A stretch of 51,971 nt of DNA from Chiloscyllium plagiosum (GCF_004010195.1 NC_057760.1:2270343-2322313); one strand, 5' to 3'; counted from the first letter of the stretch, positions 25,862 to 38,799 are shown. Numbers and translations: made by a program. The notes: generated by a model not told the origin, from the sequence alone.

Positions 25862-27074
25862 AATGAGCAGCAATAGCACAATTTGCGCGGCCACAGGCTT
25901 GGGTTCTTATCAAGTACAGCGCAACTGGTCCTGGAAGTCTCCAACCTTAAATTAAAATGCAACTCAAACAGAGGATGCAGCAAAATCTTGGCGTTTTCAA
26001 AAGTGTGAACCTAGTCAAAAATAAATGTTAAAAACATTCAGGGTTTTTAGATCAGCACAGTCTGCTTTTCATCCAGCAATTACATTTTCTTCGACTCTGT
26101 GTTTTCCTGGGATTCCAGTCTAAAAGCTCCCTCTCTCCCTCTGAAGATCTCCACTTGTTGTAGACGTGGGCTATTCCACACAGCTTGCTCCTCTCATTAG
26201 CCTTCAAACTCCACCTTCCTGCCATTGTGAGTTTGAGTGATGACACAAGTACAGCCACTTCCACTTCTATGGACACCTGATAATTCAACAGTGGCTGAAA
26301 AAAAAAGCCACGCAAACATTTTCCATCTCACTGCCATTGTACTCATTCCTGTTTGAATTGAACACAATCAGTCTGAGAATGAACATTCATGGCAGGAGCC
26401 AGCTGACACCTTTTTGAAAAGTTTTCAGACACATCTTTTATTAACTTAAAATACAGTATTTCGTGTCAAGCTGTGAATCATAATTCTGCCCAATACTTTT
26501 ATCTACACAATTGTGATCTCCATGTCATACGGTACAATAAACTGATTGTTAATCCCCAACCCTGCAAAACAACTTCTGCACGTAACGTTCCACAACTTAA
26601 AAGTCTCTTGCCTTTCAAAATTGTTTCTTCATGTGTAGTACGGCCATTATTTCCACATCATGTTCCATAATTACATGATCCTAATATGGAATAAATAGGT
26701 GATTTCGCTTACATGAGTGAAACTTTATTTTCATTCTTTCAGAGGATATGGGTGTCACTAGCTAGACCAGCATTTATAGTTCATCATAAATTGCCCTTGA
26801 GAAGGTAATGGTCAGCTGCCTTTTCAAACTGCAGCAGTCCTTGTGGGTGTATGATATCCAGTGTTTATAAGGAGGGAATTCCAAGATTCTCACCCAGCAA
26901 CAATGAAAGAATAGCGATATAGTTCCAAGTCATGGTGGTATTGTTGCTGTCAGGTTTTGCTGGCACACTAGGAGAATGCTATGCTCCCTTCATTGCTTTC
27001 TTCCCAGCCCTCCAGCTGCCGTCTTCCCTCGAGATTAGTGTGAGATTTTAATTGGCGTGGGACCTGATATCTGA

Positions 27075-27822
27075 CTACCCCTGATATCTGTCCTAAATCT
27101 ATTACCTCTCAATTTAGAGCTATGTCCCCTTGAGCTAGCCTTCACCATCTGAGGAAAAAGGCTCTCATTGTCCACCCTATCTAACCCTCTGATTATTTTA
27201 TATGTTTCAATTAAGTCACGTCTCAACCTTCTCTCCAACAAAAACAGCCTCAGTTCCCTCAGCCTTTCCTAAGACCTTCCTTCCATACCAGGCAACATCC
27301 TAGTAAATCTTCTCCGAACCCTTTCCAAAGTTTCCACATCCTTCTTATAATGTGGTGACCAGAACTGCACGCAGGTGTGGCCTTACCAGTATCCTGTACA
27401 ACTGAAGCATGACCTCGCGGCTCTGAAACTCAATCCCCCTACTAATAAACGGCAACACAACATTTGCCTTCATAACAACCTTATCAACCTGGGTGGCAAC
27501 TTTCAGAGATTTATGCATCTGGACACCGAGATCTCTCTGTTCATCTGCACTGCCAAGGATTTTACCATTAACACAGTACTCTGCATTCCTGTTACTTCTT
27601 CCAAAGTGAACTACCTCACACTTTTCCACATTAAACTCCATTTGCCTTGATGGTTTTTTTTTTCTTTATATATAAATGTTTTATAAAAGATTTAAAAAAG
27701 CTTTTCAATAAAAATATTTATTAAAAAAAAACTCCATTTGCCACTTTTCAGTCCAGCTCTGCATCTTATCTATATCCCTCTGTAACCCACAATATCCTTC
27801 AGCACTATGCCTACCTTAGTGT
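27075..27822 (-). mobile_element. CR1 LINE fragment containing a small poly(A) insertion
   Basis: Minus ORFs MEFNVEKCEVVHFG...EQRDLGV and RRDLIETYKIIRGLDRVD. Confidence 0.88.
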
Positions 27823-30800
27823 CATGAGCACATGATGAAGAGCTCATGCTCCAAACATCGACTCTCCTGCTCTTCAGATGGTGCCTGACCGTCTGTGCTT
27901 TTCCAGCACCACATCTTTTGAAACTGAGCATTACTAAGTTTGTTTCATTAAAAAAAACATATAAGGTTAGGAGAAAGGCTTTTCTAATTTCCCTACCTTG
28001 CCTTGATTGAATATGGCATAGGATATGGTCTTGAGTGATGCAAATCAGAACATCCCTCCCTAATGGCATTGTGGTCTCTCTTCAGCAGATTGTCTGCAGC
28101 TATTCAAGAAAGTACCTCACTACCACCTAATCAGGTGCAACTGGGCACAGATGATAAATACTGGCCCAGCCAGCAATTGCCCACATCCCATGACTTTTTT
28201 TTTAAACATCCATGATTCAATCCCCTACCTGTATCAACTAGGATTGTAAGTGGTGCACTATAAAGTGAACTTAGTCACTAGCTAGAATACAGAAGCTAGA
28301 AAGGGTTCGCATTCTAATGTTTAGGCAACAGTGAAGAGAGGAGGAAAAACAACAATAAAACAAAGGAGTGATATTTACCAGTCCAAATCATCTTGTATAC
28401 CTCAAAATGGAGCTCAGTACAACTGGCATGTTCATTTCCAAGTATTAATGCTTTTTTCCCTCTGGAAGGGGTATAGATAAAGACAGAAAGGAAGTGAGAG
28501 AAAAAGGATAGAAGGAGAAAAGACTTTTTGTATCTTTTATCACCTCAGGATCTCACCCAGAGCCAATTAAATGCTGTCATAATCTACACTGATGGTAGTA
28601 CTGGACAAGTCAGATTCCAAAGTAAAACCTGGCTCAATGGACAATAAGTTTAATTTTACTTTTTAGTGTGGAGATCAGTTATTGAGCATGATCACTAGAT
28701 ACAATCAATGTACATTAAATAAAATGTAAGAGTTTCTCATTCAAAAGGGAAAGCACCAACAACATTACAGGGACTATTGAAACTATTTCATTACAAACAT
28801 CAGAAAGGAACATTCATCCCTTTTTATCACAATGATATCCTTAGTGATACTCAAACCTCAGTGAAGAGTCACCCTTTCCTTGATGCTAGAACTTCTAGTA
28901 CATCTGGCATGGCTGTAATCATAAAGATTGGATGAAAAAAGGAAAACAAAGAAATATAAAATAAACAGAATGGGAAAACATTCTCATGCCATTTAGGAGC
29001 TTCAGCAGCTCATTTGTTGGCTGGTTAGGATTATATAGAATATACAATATAGCAATTGGCCATTCGGCACAATCAAACCATGCTGGTGTTTATGCTCATC
29101 CTAAGGGTCCTCTTGTTGTTTCATCTAAATTTACCTATTTAGAACATAGAACATAGAAGAATACAGCGCAGTACAGGCCCTTCGGCCCTCAATGTTGCGC
29201 CGATCCAAGCCTACCTAACCCACACTAGCCCACTATCCTCCATATGCCTATCCAATGCCCGCTTAAATGCCCATAATGAGGGAGAGTCCTTCTCCCTTGT
29301 GTATTTATCTAATTTTCTCTTAGATGTATCAATCCCATTTCCTTCCACCATTCCCTGTACTATAGTTCCTCATTCTTACCATGCTTTGGATAAAGAAACA
29401 CCTTCCTAATTCTTCATTGGATGAATTAGTAACTATCTTGAAAGCATTGGTAATGCTCTTACCCACAAGGGGAGATATTCCCTCATCTGTAACAACTCTA
29501 TCAAAACCACTCACTGAGCTAGACAGATCACTGATTGAAGAGGGAGTCCAGAATTATGGACAGCAGGTGGAAAAATGGGGTTAAGGTCATAATCAGATCA
29601 GCCATGATCTTATTGAATGGCAGAACTCCGAGGTCCACACACAGCAGCAGCTTTTAGGAAGTAGCGGCTACACATCAGCATGCCATTTGGTGAGCATACG
29701 TCCCAGTGATGGTCCTTAGAAGGAACAAAAAACTGAAGAACTGCAGATACTGGAAATCAGAAAACAGATATTGCTGGAAAAAAAACTCAGCAGGAGAGAA
29801 CCAAGAGTCATTGTTTCGGGTCCAGTGACCCTTCTTCAGAATGGATCTGTGTTCTCTCCACAGATGCTGCCAGACTTGAGTTGTTTTCAGCAATCTCTGT
29901 TTTTGTCTTAAAGGGAATGATGGATGGATGCGGGGAATCAAATGAACAGTGATCTTTGCTTTGCCTAACAGACTTTGAGATGACAAAACAAACCCAATTT
30001 AAAACAGTGGAGAAGGCTTGAGGGCTGAATGGCCTAATCCTGTTCATGTTCCTTATGCTCAATAAGTAAAGTTAACTTTCATTGCAACAGGATTTGATTT
30101 CAGAAGTAGGGATGTATTATAGCAACTTGATGAGACCACATCCAGAGTTCAGTATGTTGTTTTTATCTCCTTACCTAAGTAAAGTTATACCTGCCATAGA
30201 GGAGGTGCAGCAGGGATCCAGTTGGCTGATACTGGGGATGACAGTATTCTCACTGTCCTGTGAAGAGAGATTGGTTTGACTGTACTCAGTAGAGTTTATA
30301 AGGATGAGGAAGGATCTGATTGAAATGTTTAATGATAGCATTCCTACATCTGAATCAGGAGACCCTGATATAATTCCTACCTACTCCAGAAGTATGTAAT
30401 AATATATCTGAACAGGTTGTTTAAAAATATCTAGTATTCTAACAGGACTAGGCAGACTAGATACAGGGAAGATGTTTTCCTGATTAGGGAGTCTAGAATC
30501 AAGGGTCACAGTCTCAGGATATGGCAAGACCATTTAGGACTGAGATTTCTTCACTCAAATAATAATAGACCTGTGGAATTCTCTATCACAGAAGGCTGTG
30601 GAAGCCAAGTCATTTAATATATTTAAGAAAAAAATTATCATTTTTAAGATTGGGGTATGGGGAGAAAGCTGGGAAATGGCATTGAGATAAATGATCGGCC
30701 ATGATTCTATTGAATGGTTGAGCAGACTTGAAGGGCCAAATGGGGGTATAATGGCCTAGTGGTATTATTGCTGAACTATTAATCCACTGATGTTCTGGGA

Positions 30801-30939
30801 CCAAGATTCGAATCCCTCCAGAGCAGATGGTACAATTTGGTTCCAATAAAAATCTGGAATCAAAACTCTAATGATGACCATGAAATCCTGACAATGGTTG
30901 AAAAACCCACCTGGTTCACTAATGCCCTTTTAGAAAGGA

Positions 30940-31091
30940 AGGTGAAAGTGAGGACTGGAGATTAGAGTCGAGAGAGCGGTGCTGGAAAAGCACAGCAGGT
31001 CAGGCAGCATCCGAGCAACAGGAAAATCGATGTTTCGGGCAAAAGCCCTTCATCAGGAATGGAAAATCAGCATTTCAGGCAAAAGCCCTTT
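30940..31091 (-). mobile_element. Family A PLE end with one hammerhead core and a tandem partial second core
   Basis: Minus CTGATGAAGGGCTTTTGCCCGAAACATCGA at 31027-31056. Repeated TTTC(G/A)GGCAAAAGCCCTT at ~31073-31091. Confidence 0.72.
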
Positions 31092-31839
31092 GTCCTTACT
31101 CAGTCTGGGCAATGGGGTCTGACTCTTTCTTAACAATTAAGGATGGGCAACAAACACTGACCGAGCTGGCGATGCCCACATCCCACCAACCAACAATGGA
31201 GGAAGAGCTTAATAAGGAAACTCCTGCTCTCATAGCATCATAGACCTATACAGCAAGGAAACAGACCCTAGGGTCCAACGTGTTCATGCCAACTAGATAT
31301 CTTAAGTTAGTCTAGTCCCATTTACCAGCATTTGGCCCATATTCCTCTAAACCCTTCCTACTCATGTACCCATCCAGATGTCTTTTAAATGCTGTAATTA
31401 TACCAGCCTCCACCACGTCCTCTGGCAGCTTGTTCCACACATGTACCACCCTTTGCATGGAAAAGGTTGACCTTAGGTCTCTTTTAAATCTTTTCCCTCT
31501 CACCTTTAACCTTTGCCCTCTAGTTTTGGACTCCACTACCCCGTGGAAAAAAGATTTTGCCTATTCACTCTATCCATGCCCCTTGTGATTTTTGTAAACT
31601 CCTATACAGTTCCTATGTTTCGAAACACAAAAAACGGGGAGACAGAGAGAAAATAAAAGCAGAATAATCATACAGAACAAAGAACCGCAGGTGCTAAAGA
31701 TGTGAAACATAAACTGCTGGGGAAAAAATCTGTGGAGGGAAAGCAGAGTCAGCGTTTTCAATGCGGTGAGAGGATAATAATAAAATTTAAGTAAAGGTTA
31801 GATAAATAAGGTTGAAGAGGTTAATGGGGAGCAGCTGCC

Positions 31840-32230
31840 ATCGACCAAAGTGGGAGGCAATGGCACAAGATGGCGACGGTCACCCCACGCGCGCGGCTTT
31901 CCCGCCCTGACGGGGAACGTTCGCCCGCTGTTCCAGGGCCGCCTTGCGGGGCGGAAGTGGCCTCCGATTCCGCCAACCCCTGCGGGGCGCAAACAAAACG
32001 CGGGAGGGGGAACATCCGGTGGAGGGGCCTACTTTCGGTGGCTGAGGGCGTGTGCGGGGGAGTCACGTGGGGCGATGGAGCGCGAGGCTCATGGCGGTTC
32101 GAGCCTGACCAGGCTTTCTCCGCCTCTTCATCTTCCCCTGTCCCGGCTGGGTAAGGCCGGTATCTGATGCTTACCGTACCACTTTGCTACGACCTTCTTC
32201 TGGAAGGGAAGCGGGGCAGAGCGCAGTCCT
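31840..32230. promoter_or_regulatory. CpG-island promoter of TDRD10 (possibly bidirectional with SHE)
   Basis: Main CpG-dense non-repeat stretch in the window. YY1-type AAGATGGCG at 31867, GC box at 31948, ETS/GABP GCGGAAGTG at 31951, E-box GTCACGTG at 32062. Confidence 0.8.
32075..32150 (+). CDS. TDRD10: TDRD10 putative exon 1 (coding or 5'UTR)
   Basis: ATG at 32075 (gcgATGG) reads MEREAHGGSSLTRLSPPLHLPLSRL to donor G|GTAAGG. Phase 1 is compatible with the next exon. Confidence 0.5.
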
Positions 32231-33552
32231 CCAGTGGGGACTGGAGTCACCTATAATTGAGCAGAGGGTTAGAGTAAAGAAGGTGTGCCCCAGTGGGGAC
32301 TGGAGTCACCTATAATTGAGCAGAGGGTTAGAGTAAAGAAGGTGTGCCCCAATGGGGACTGAGTAAAGGGTTAGAGTAAAGAAGGCATGCCCCAGTGGGG
32401 ACTGGAGTCACCTATAATTGAGCAAAGGGTTAGAGTAAAGAAGGCATGCCCCAATGGGGACTGGAGTCACCTGTAAGGATTGAGCAAAGGGTTAGAGTGA
32501 AGAAGGCATGCCCCAATGAGGACTGAGTAAAGGGTTAGAGTGAAGAAGGCATGCCCCAATGGGGACTGGAGTCACCTATATTTGAGCAAAGGATTAGAGT
32601 AAAGAAGGCATGCCCCAATGAGGACTGAGTAAAGGGTTAGAGTGAAGAAGGCATGCCCCAATGGGGACTGAGTAAAGGGTTAGAGTAAAGAAGGCATGCC
32701 CCAATGGAGACTGGAGTCACCTATATTTGAGCAAAGGATTAGAGTAAAGAAGGCATGCCCCAATGAGGACTGAGTAAAGGGTTAGAGTGAAGAAGGCATG
32801 CCCCAATGGGGACTGGAGTCACCTATATTTGAGCAAAGGATTAGAGTAAAGAAGGCATGCCCCAATGAGGACTGAGTAAAGGGTTAGAGTGAAGAAGGCA
32901 TGCCCCAATGGGGACTGAGTAAAGGGTTAGAGTAAAGAAGGCATGCCCCAATGGAGACTGGAGTCACCTATATTTGAGCAAAGGATTAGAGTAAAGAAGG
33001 CATGCCCCAATGAGGACTGGAGTCACCTGTAAGGATTGAGCAGAGGGTTTAAGTGAAGAAGGCATGCCCCAGTGGGGACTGGAGTCACCTATGAGGGTTG
33101 GGTAGAGAGGGAGATCAGAAGGATTCAGAAGAAGGATAGGGTAGAGACCAAGGGTGAAGAGGGGATGCCCCAGTGGGACTGGAGTCACATATAGGGATTG
33201 GCTAGAGGGTTTAGGAGTTCAGAAGGATTCAGGAAAAGGATTGGGTAGAGGGTTATGGTAATAAAGGCATACCCTAATGGGACTGGAGTCACATGTAAGA
33301 ACAGGCAGCAGGGTTAGGGGGATGGAGTGGGTGTGTCTACATGGATTTGGAGTGAGCAAAAACATTAGGAGGGTGTTGGGGAGAAATGTGTAGATATGGT
33401 GCCCCAGTGGGGCTGAAATCACATGTAAAGTTCAGGCAGATGTTTTGGTGTGAGGTTGGTGGTGTTGACCTTATAGGACTGGAGTCATTTATAAGGAATG
33501 GGTAAAAGATTAGGGATATGGAAGGATGCCCCAATGGAACTGGAGTCACTTA
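32231..33552 (+). repeat. Minisatellite of interleaved ~59-bp and ~43-bp units, decaying 3'
   Basis: CAGTGGGGACTGGAGTCACCTATAATTGAGCAGAGGGTTAGAGTAAAGAAGGTGTGCCC and a deleted variant lacking GGAGTCACCTATAATT. Confidence 0.92.
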
Positions 33553-33929
33553 TGAAGAAGGTTTCTACATGGAATAAAAGAGCACCCTGCAGTGAGTTAT
33601 ACACTGGAATCTAATTGAGGGGTTCAGGGGCTTTATATACAAAATAGATGCTCAGGAGTGAGTTAAGGTAGGGAGTGGATGGGGGGCTGTGGAAGAGAGG
33701 TTATGGGCACCACAAATCTCTGCCTCACGTGGTGTTGAGGGTCCATTGCCAACTGAACTGCTACAATAAGCTGCATGATTGCATCCTGCTCTACCTAGAT
33801 CTTGCTTCCCAACCCTTCTGACTGTGAAACTTAGTGGCTGTTAGGAAAGGCCCTCCATCAGATCCAGGCTTTTAACCTCCTCTCGGGATATCAGTTTAAC
33901 TGTGCTTTAATCACTTTGATGCAATTCTA

Positions 33930-34715
33930 CCAGGTTCTGGAGATCTGTGGAATTCCATTATTTTCCTCTGTCAGATTCCAGTCTATAACTCCTTCCTGAG
34001 TAACTTATTCGATATATAATTCACCTGAGCCCTCTGATTATGTCAGCTGGGAAATCACTCCTATATATCTGTTATTTTCTATCTAAACTATCCCCACACC
34101 CCTTGATTATATTCTAATCTGTAACTCTCCCCTAGTATGTTATTCTATATATAAATCCTCTGAACCTCTTTATTAGATTTGTTTTCAATATATAAATGCC
34201 CATTTCCCCCCAATCCCTACGCTGGATACCAGCCTGTAACTCACTTCTGAGCATCAGTTCTATATATAAAGCCTCTGAACCTCAATTAGACTCCAGTCTG
34301 TAACTCACCGCAGGGTGTTTTTTATTCTATGTAGCAAAGCTTTGAAGCTCTTGACTATATTCCAGTTCATCTCCCTGAACCCTTGATCAGATTCCAGTCT
34401 GTAAAACATTGCTGAGTATCTGTTATTGAATATAAAAGCCACCGGAATGCCTCATTTGATTCTAGTCTGTAATTCACTCCCAGGTATCTTATCTAAACAT
34501 ACCTCTTCTTCTCCCCGCCCCCCCCCCCCCCCTCCCCCCATCGATTCCAGAACCTCTAGATTAAATTCTAGTCTGTAACTCACTCCTGGATCTCTGCTAT
34601 TCTATCTATAAAGCCCCCGAACCCCTTGATTAGATTCCACTCTGTAACTTACTCCCATTTATCTGTTATTTTGTAGATAAGCCCTCAAACGTCATGATTA
34701 GATTCCAGTCTGTAT
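33930..34715 (-). repeat. Degenerate ~70-bp satellite (inverted copy at ~33585-33665)
   Basis: Recurring GATTAGATTCCAGTCTGTAACTCACTCC...TATCTGTTATTCTATATATAAA...GAACCC. Confidence 0.8.
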
Positions 34716-34940
34716 CTCTTGTCTGGGGTTACATCCTTAGTTTAATGTACTTATCACTTGTTCTTTTCCAATAGATCATGTATATTAGTTCAACAGCACT
34801 TTCAGGGAGTTCTGGGGTATTTTAAGCTAAATCTATTGAAAGTTGCATTGTTTAATTCTGCAGTTGTTTAGTTGGTGGAACTTCAATTGCTGGAACCTTT
34901 GCTCAGAATTGAAACTAACTGGCTGCTTGAATTCCTTCAG

Positions 34941-34971
34941 GTCTTAGGAAGCCTCTGCAGAAAATGAAAAT
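34941..34971 (+). CDS. TDRD10: TDRD10 putative 31-nt micro-exon ending in AT
   Basis: ttccttcag|GTCTTAGG...AAAAT|gtaagt. Phase 1 to 2 keeps the frame open (GLRKPLQKMK). Confidence 0.55.
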
Positions 34972-35311
34972 GTAAGTTTATGCAACATTATTTTATTTCC
35001 TTAAGGACGTATAATCTTGGGTAGGGAGATTTAATGATGTTTACAAACAGAAGTATTAGTTGCCAGCCTCATGAACTTCCTTCACCATTCAGCAAGATTG
35101 TGGCTGATCTGATTAGAACTGAACTGGTAGATCTGTGGGTTTTGGGTTGCTGATGGACTCTAGAGTGCTGGCCGCATGTGTTTCCACGGTGATATGCCTC
35201 ACTGCCCATCTTTCATGTGGGAGCAATGCAGTCGATGTGGATGGATTATTTGCCTGCAGGGGGTGTCACAGTTGAGTGATCTTGGCTTGACATCCAGTTG
35301 TAACGGTGGAA

Positions 35312-35624
35312 TTTGATTAGATAACCTGCAGTATGGAAACAGGCCATTTCGCCCAACAAGTCCACACCGTCCACACCCACTCAGACCGTTCCCCTACCCT
35401 ATATTTACCCCAGACTATTGCACCTAACACTATGGGCAATTTAGCATGACCAGTTCACCTGACTAGCACATCTTTGGATTGTGGGAGGATACCAGAGCAC
35501 CCGGAGGAAACCCACACAGACACAGGGACAATGTGCAAACTCCACACAGACCAAGGTGGGAATCAAACCTGGATCCCTGGCACTGTGAGGCAGCAGTGCT
35601 AACCACTGATTCACTGTGCCGCCC
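35312..35624 (-). mobile_element. HE1-type V-SINE
   Basis: Same V-domain and tRNA head in reverse orientation. Confidence 0.85.
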
Positions 35625-36365
35625 TATTGAACCCATGTAACCAGTGCATTTTCCCAGGCCTATGGATTACTAATCTAGTGACAATACTGCTCTGGAACCA
35701 TCTTGCCTCTGTTCATTGAATTTAATTTATTGTCACATGTACCGAGGCACAGTGAAAAGCTTTGTCTTGCGAGCAATACATGCGGATCGCATAGTTAAGT
35801 AGCATAGATAAGTAAATACTAGGTAAACAGCAGAAACAACAAAAACACAGGTATAGGCTTCATCTGACTGTACTCCCCAGTGTTCAGGCTGTCGTAGAAT
35901 TGTACAGCATGGAAACCCTTCGGTCCAACTTGTCCGTGCTGACCAGATGTCTAAAATTAATCTAGTCCCATTTACTTGCATTTGGCATATCTCTCTAAAC
36001 CCTTCCTATTCATGTATCCATCCAGATGACTTTTAAATGCTGTAATTGTACCAGCCTCCACCACTTCCTCTGGCAGCTCATTCCATACACACACCACCCT
36101 CTGTGTGAAAAAGTTGTGCCGAAGATCTCTTTTAAATATTTCCCCTCTCACTTTCCCTCTAATTTTGGACTGCCCTACCCTGGGAAAAAGAGCTTGGCTA
36201 TTCTGGGCTCTTAAACAGTTAATTGATCTGCCATTAGCACAAAATGCTAAAGGAATGCAGGTTACAGGCAGTTGAATTACTAAGAATACTGCTGTCTTAT
36301 CAGGCATTAGTGTGCTTCTGGAATTGAAACAAGATTGGATTTGTCTGTTCCTATATTGATCCCAG

Positions 36366-36460
36366 GGCGACAAGTGAAAGCAGTGAAAAGCAGGTAGCAA
36401 GGAGGGTGATTCACCGTGAAGGAGCTTCTAACAGAAGACAGGAACCAAAGAATTCGAAAG
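36366..36460 (+). CDS. TDRD10: TDRD10 exon (MATSESSEKQ...EPKNSK)
   Basis: Pyrimidine-rich tract and cccag acceptor. Open 95 nt, donor AAG|GTACGT. Phase 2 to 1 joins in frame to the RNP2 exon. Confidence 0.7.
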
Positions 36461-38377
36461 GTACGTGGAATATCATTTTTTATTCTTCAGATATTCTCTT
36501 CCCGAGTCTTCAATGAACAAAGAGATTTGTCATTTTGGGGCAAGAATAAATGAGCAGTCAGAAATACTGTATGACGTCCGGTAGAGTTTTGAAAAGAAAA
36601 CTGTATTAAAATTGTTCTTGGAGTTATGCAAGGCCAGCATTAACTACTTTTCATTTTTGTCCACTTGAGAAGGTATGAACTGCTGCAGTCAACTGGTAGC
36701 AGAGTTGCTAGCAAGCTATTACAGAGGGCAGTTAAGAATCGACCACATCTTTGAGAGCCTGGAAATGGTGTGTAGGCTGGGCTGGGAAAGGATGGCAGAT
36801 TACCCTCCTAAAGAAGCAGCTTGGTTTTTCTGGCGATCCAATAGTTTCATGATTATTTGTATATTTAAATTTCCACCAATGTCATTGCTTGGATCAGAAC
36901 GCGCGCCTCTGGATTATCAGTTCAGACTTTTGATTGACAAGGCCAGTAGCATTGCCACCGTCAAGTGCTATTAAGCCCTTCAGGCCTGTGATTTCCAAAG
37001 CTCTCCATTGTTGGGGTATTTTTCACCTCGGGTCCTGTCCGACAAACAACAACAGACAGGAAAGGATGCTTGAAGTCACCCAGCCTGTCCATGCATGTAT
37101 TCATCTGCAGGAGGTGTTACAATTCCATTTAATGTAGATATATGAACATCCATACTGTCCTGACGAAACTTGAGAGAGGTGAACCCATTCAGAGCTCAGT
37201 AGTGAGCTAGTTTTGGACATCTCGTGTCAGACGCGCAGAGAATGTGGCTCATTGACCATAATCAGTGCCTCAGTGCTGGGAATATTGGCTGGAGAGATGA
37301 CAATGATGTTGGAATGCCAAGCCTGTCAGTACATTTGCAGGATTTTGCATCTGGGATTAGCAGAATGGGAGAGAGGGAATTAAGGGTGGAACATGGTTTT
37401 TCTTTCAACTAACAGTCACCTTGTTCCATTGCGGGGGGGGGAAGAAAATCCAATTAGGAAACCTGAATTGTAGAGTATGATCTTTGGCATTCACCCAAGT
37501 TGGACTGGGAAGTTCCTAGTTTCATCCCTATTTTATGGTGAGTTTAGTAAATAGGTAAGGAAAGTGCCTTGGGTCGACCTGTTTCAGCTCTGCTTCCCTT
37601 GGCTATGGAGCACGGGAGAATGTTGCCTGAGTTCCTGCTGTAGTCGCTGATTCCCGTGTGCAGAGATCATATGGAGTTGGGGGTGGGGTGGGGCTTGCTT
37701 GCTAGTGATGCATCCCCTTGTCTGAATTTCCTATTGATTCAGCTAATGTACTAGTGGAACTCAAATCCCAGAGGAACCACATCCTAGCTGGATTGAACAG
37801 ATGTGGTAGTGGGGGTGGAGGGGGTTGGGCACCTTTCACGGTCTCCCCTTTAAACATATATGGAAATGGCTTTGTATTATCGCTAGACTATTATTTTAGG
37901 TAAGGTTTGAACCCCACTGCACCTGATGGAATTCTTAATTCAATAAAAATCTGGAATTAAGGGTCTAATTGTGTTCATGAACTCTTGCCAATTAGAGTCA
38001 TGGAGTCAGACAGCATGGAAACACACATGTTAGTCCAATTAGTCCATGCCAACCAAGTTTCCCAAACTAAAGTTGTCCCATTTGTCTGTGTTTGGTCCAT
38101 TTCCCTCTAAACCTTTCCAATTCATATACCTGTCCAATAGTTAAACGTTGTAACTGTACCTGCGCCCACCACTTTTTCTGAATTGTAGGCAAATAATGTT
38201 TTTTAGGGAAGGAAGTGTTTTGTCCTCACTTGGTTTAGCCTCCACATGACTCTAGGCCCACAGCAATGTGATTGTCCATCACTAGTTGAGATTCCGTAAA
38301 TGCTGGCCCAGTCAGCGGCACTGTCATCTTGTAAATGAATAAAACAATTAACCCTTTTTATACTTGTTTTTCCATAG

Positions 38378-38430
38378 GACCCAGAAAGAAGGGCATCTAC
38401 ATTGGGAACCTTCCATCCGAGATTGCGGAG
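38378..38430 (+). CDS. TDRD10: TDRD10 RRM exon with RNP2 (IYIGNLP)
   Basis: tttttccatag|GA... encodes GPRKKGIYIGNLPSEIAE. Donor GAG|GTGCGT. Confidence 0.88.
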
Positions 38431-38799
38431 GTGCGTCGGGACACAATGATTCCATCCTTATTAAGACCTATGGTTTTGAATGATCAGCTTTGCTGTGTGC
38501 AGGAGCCTGATCTAGATTCTTTCAACCACACATGATTGTTGATCACGGGAGAGAGAGTTTGTGTTTCAGTTATTATCCCCATTGTATATTGTCCTCGCAT
38601 AATGGTTACTGTAAACCTACTGTTCACAGAGTATTTGGGAAACTAAACCTAGAGAGCATAATTTAATCCCATTAAATCGGATTTTTGTTCTCTCAAAGTC
38701 ATGAATCTATGGAATGCAATTTCTGGAGATTGCTAAATGCAGAGTCATTGAATACTTTTAAGGCTGAGTTAGATTCTTGATTTGGAGAAGGCAGTCAAG

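Noticed and set aside
25062..25955. Plus-strand Phe/Ser-rich ORFs
   Set aside because: These are antisense shadows of the Lys-rich SHE exon.
31798..32167. Overlapping GC-rich ORFs in the CpG island
   Set aside because: Stop-poor composition explains them; only the ATG 32075 to donor segment fits a gene model.
37159..37186. CTGACGA...GAA as another hammerhead
   Set aside because: There is no convincing helix II or GAAA-NUH arrangement.
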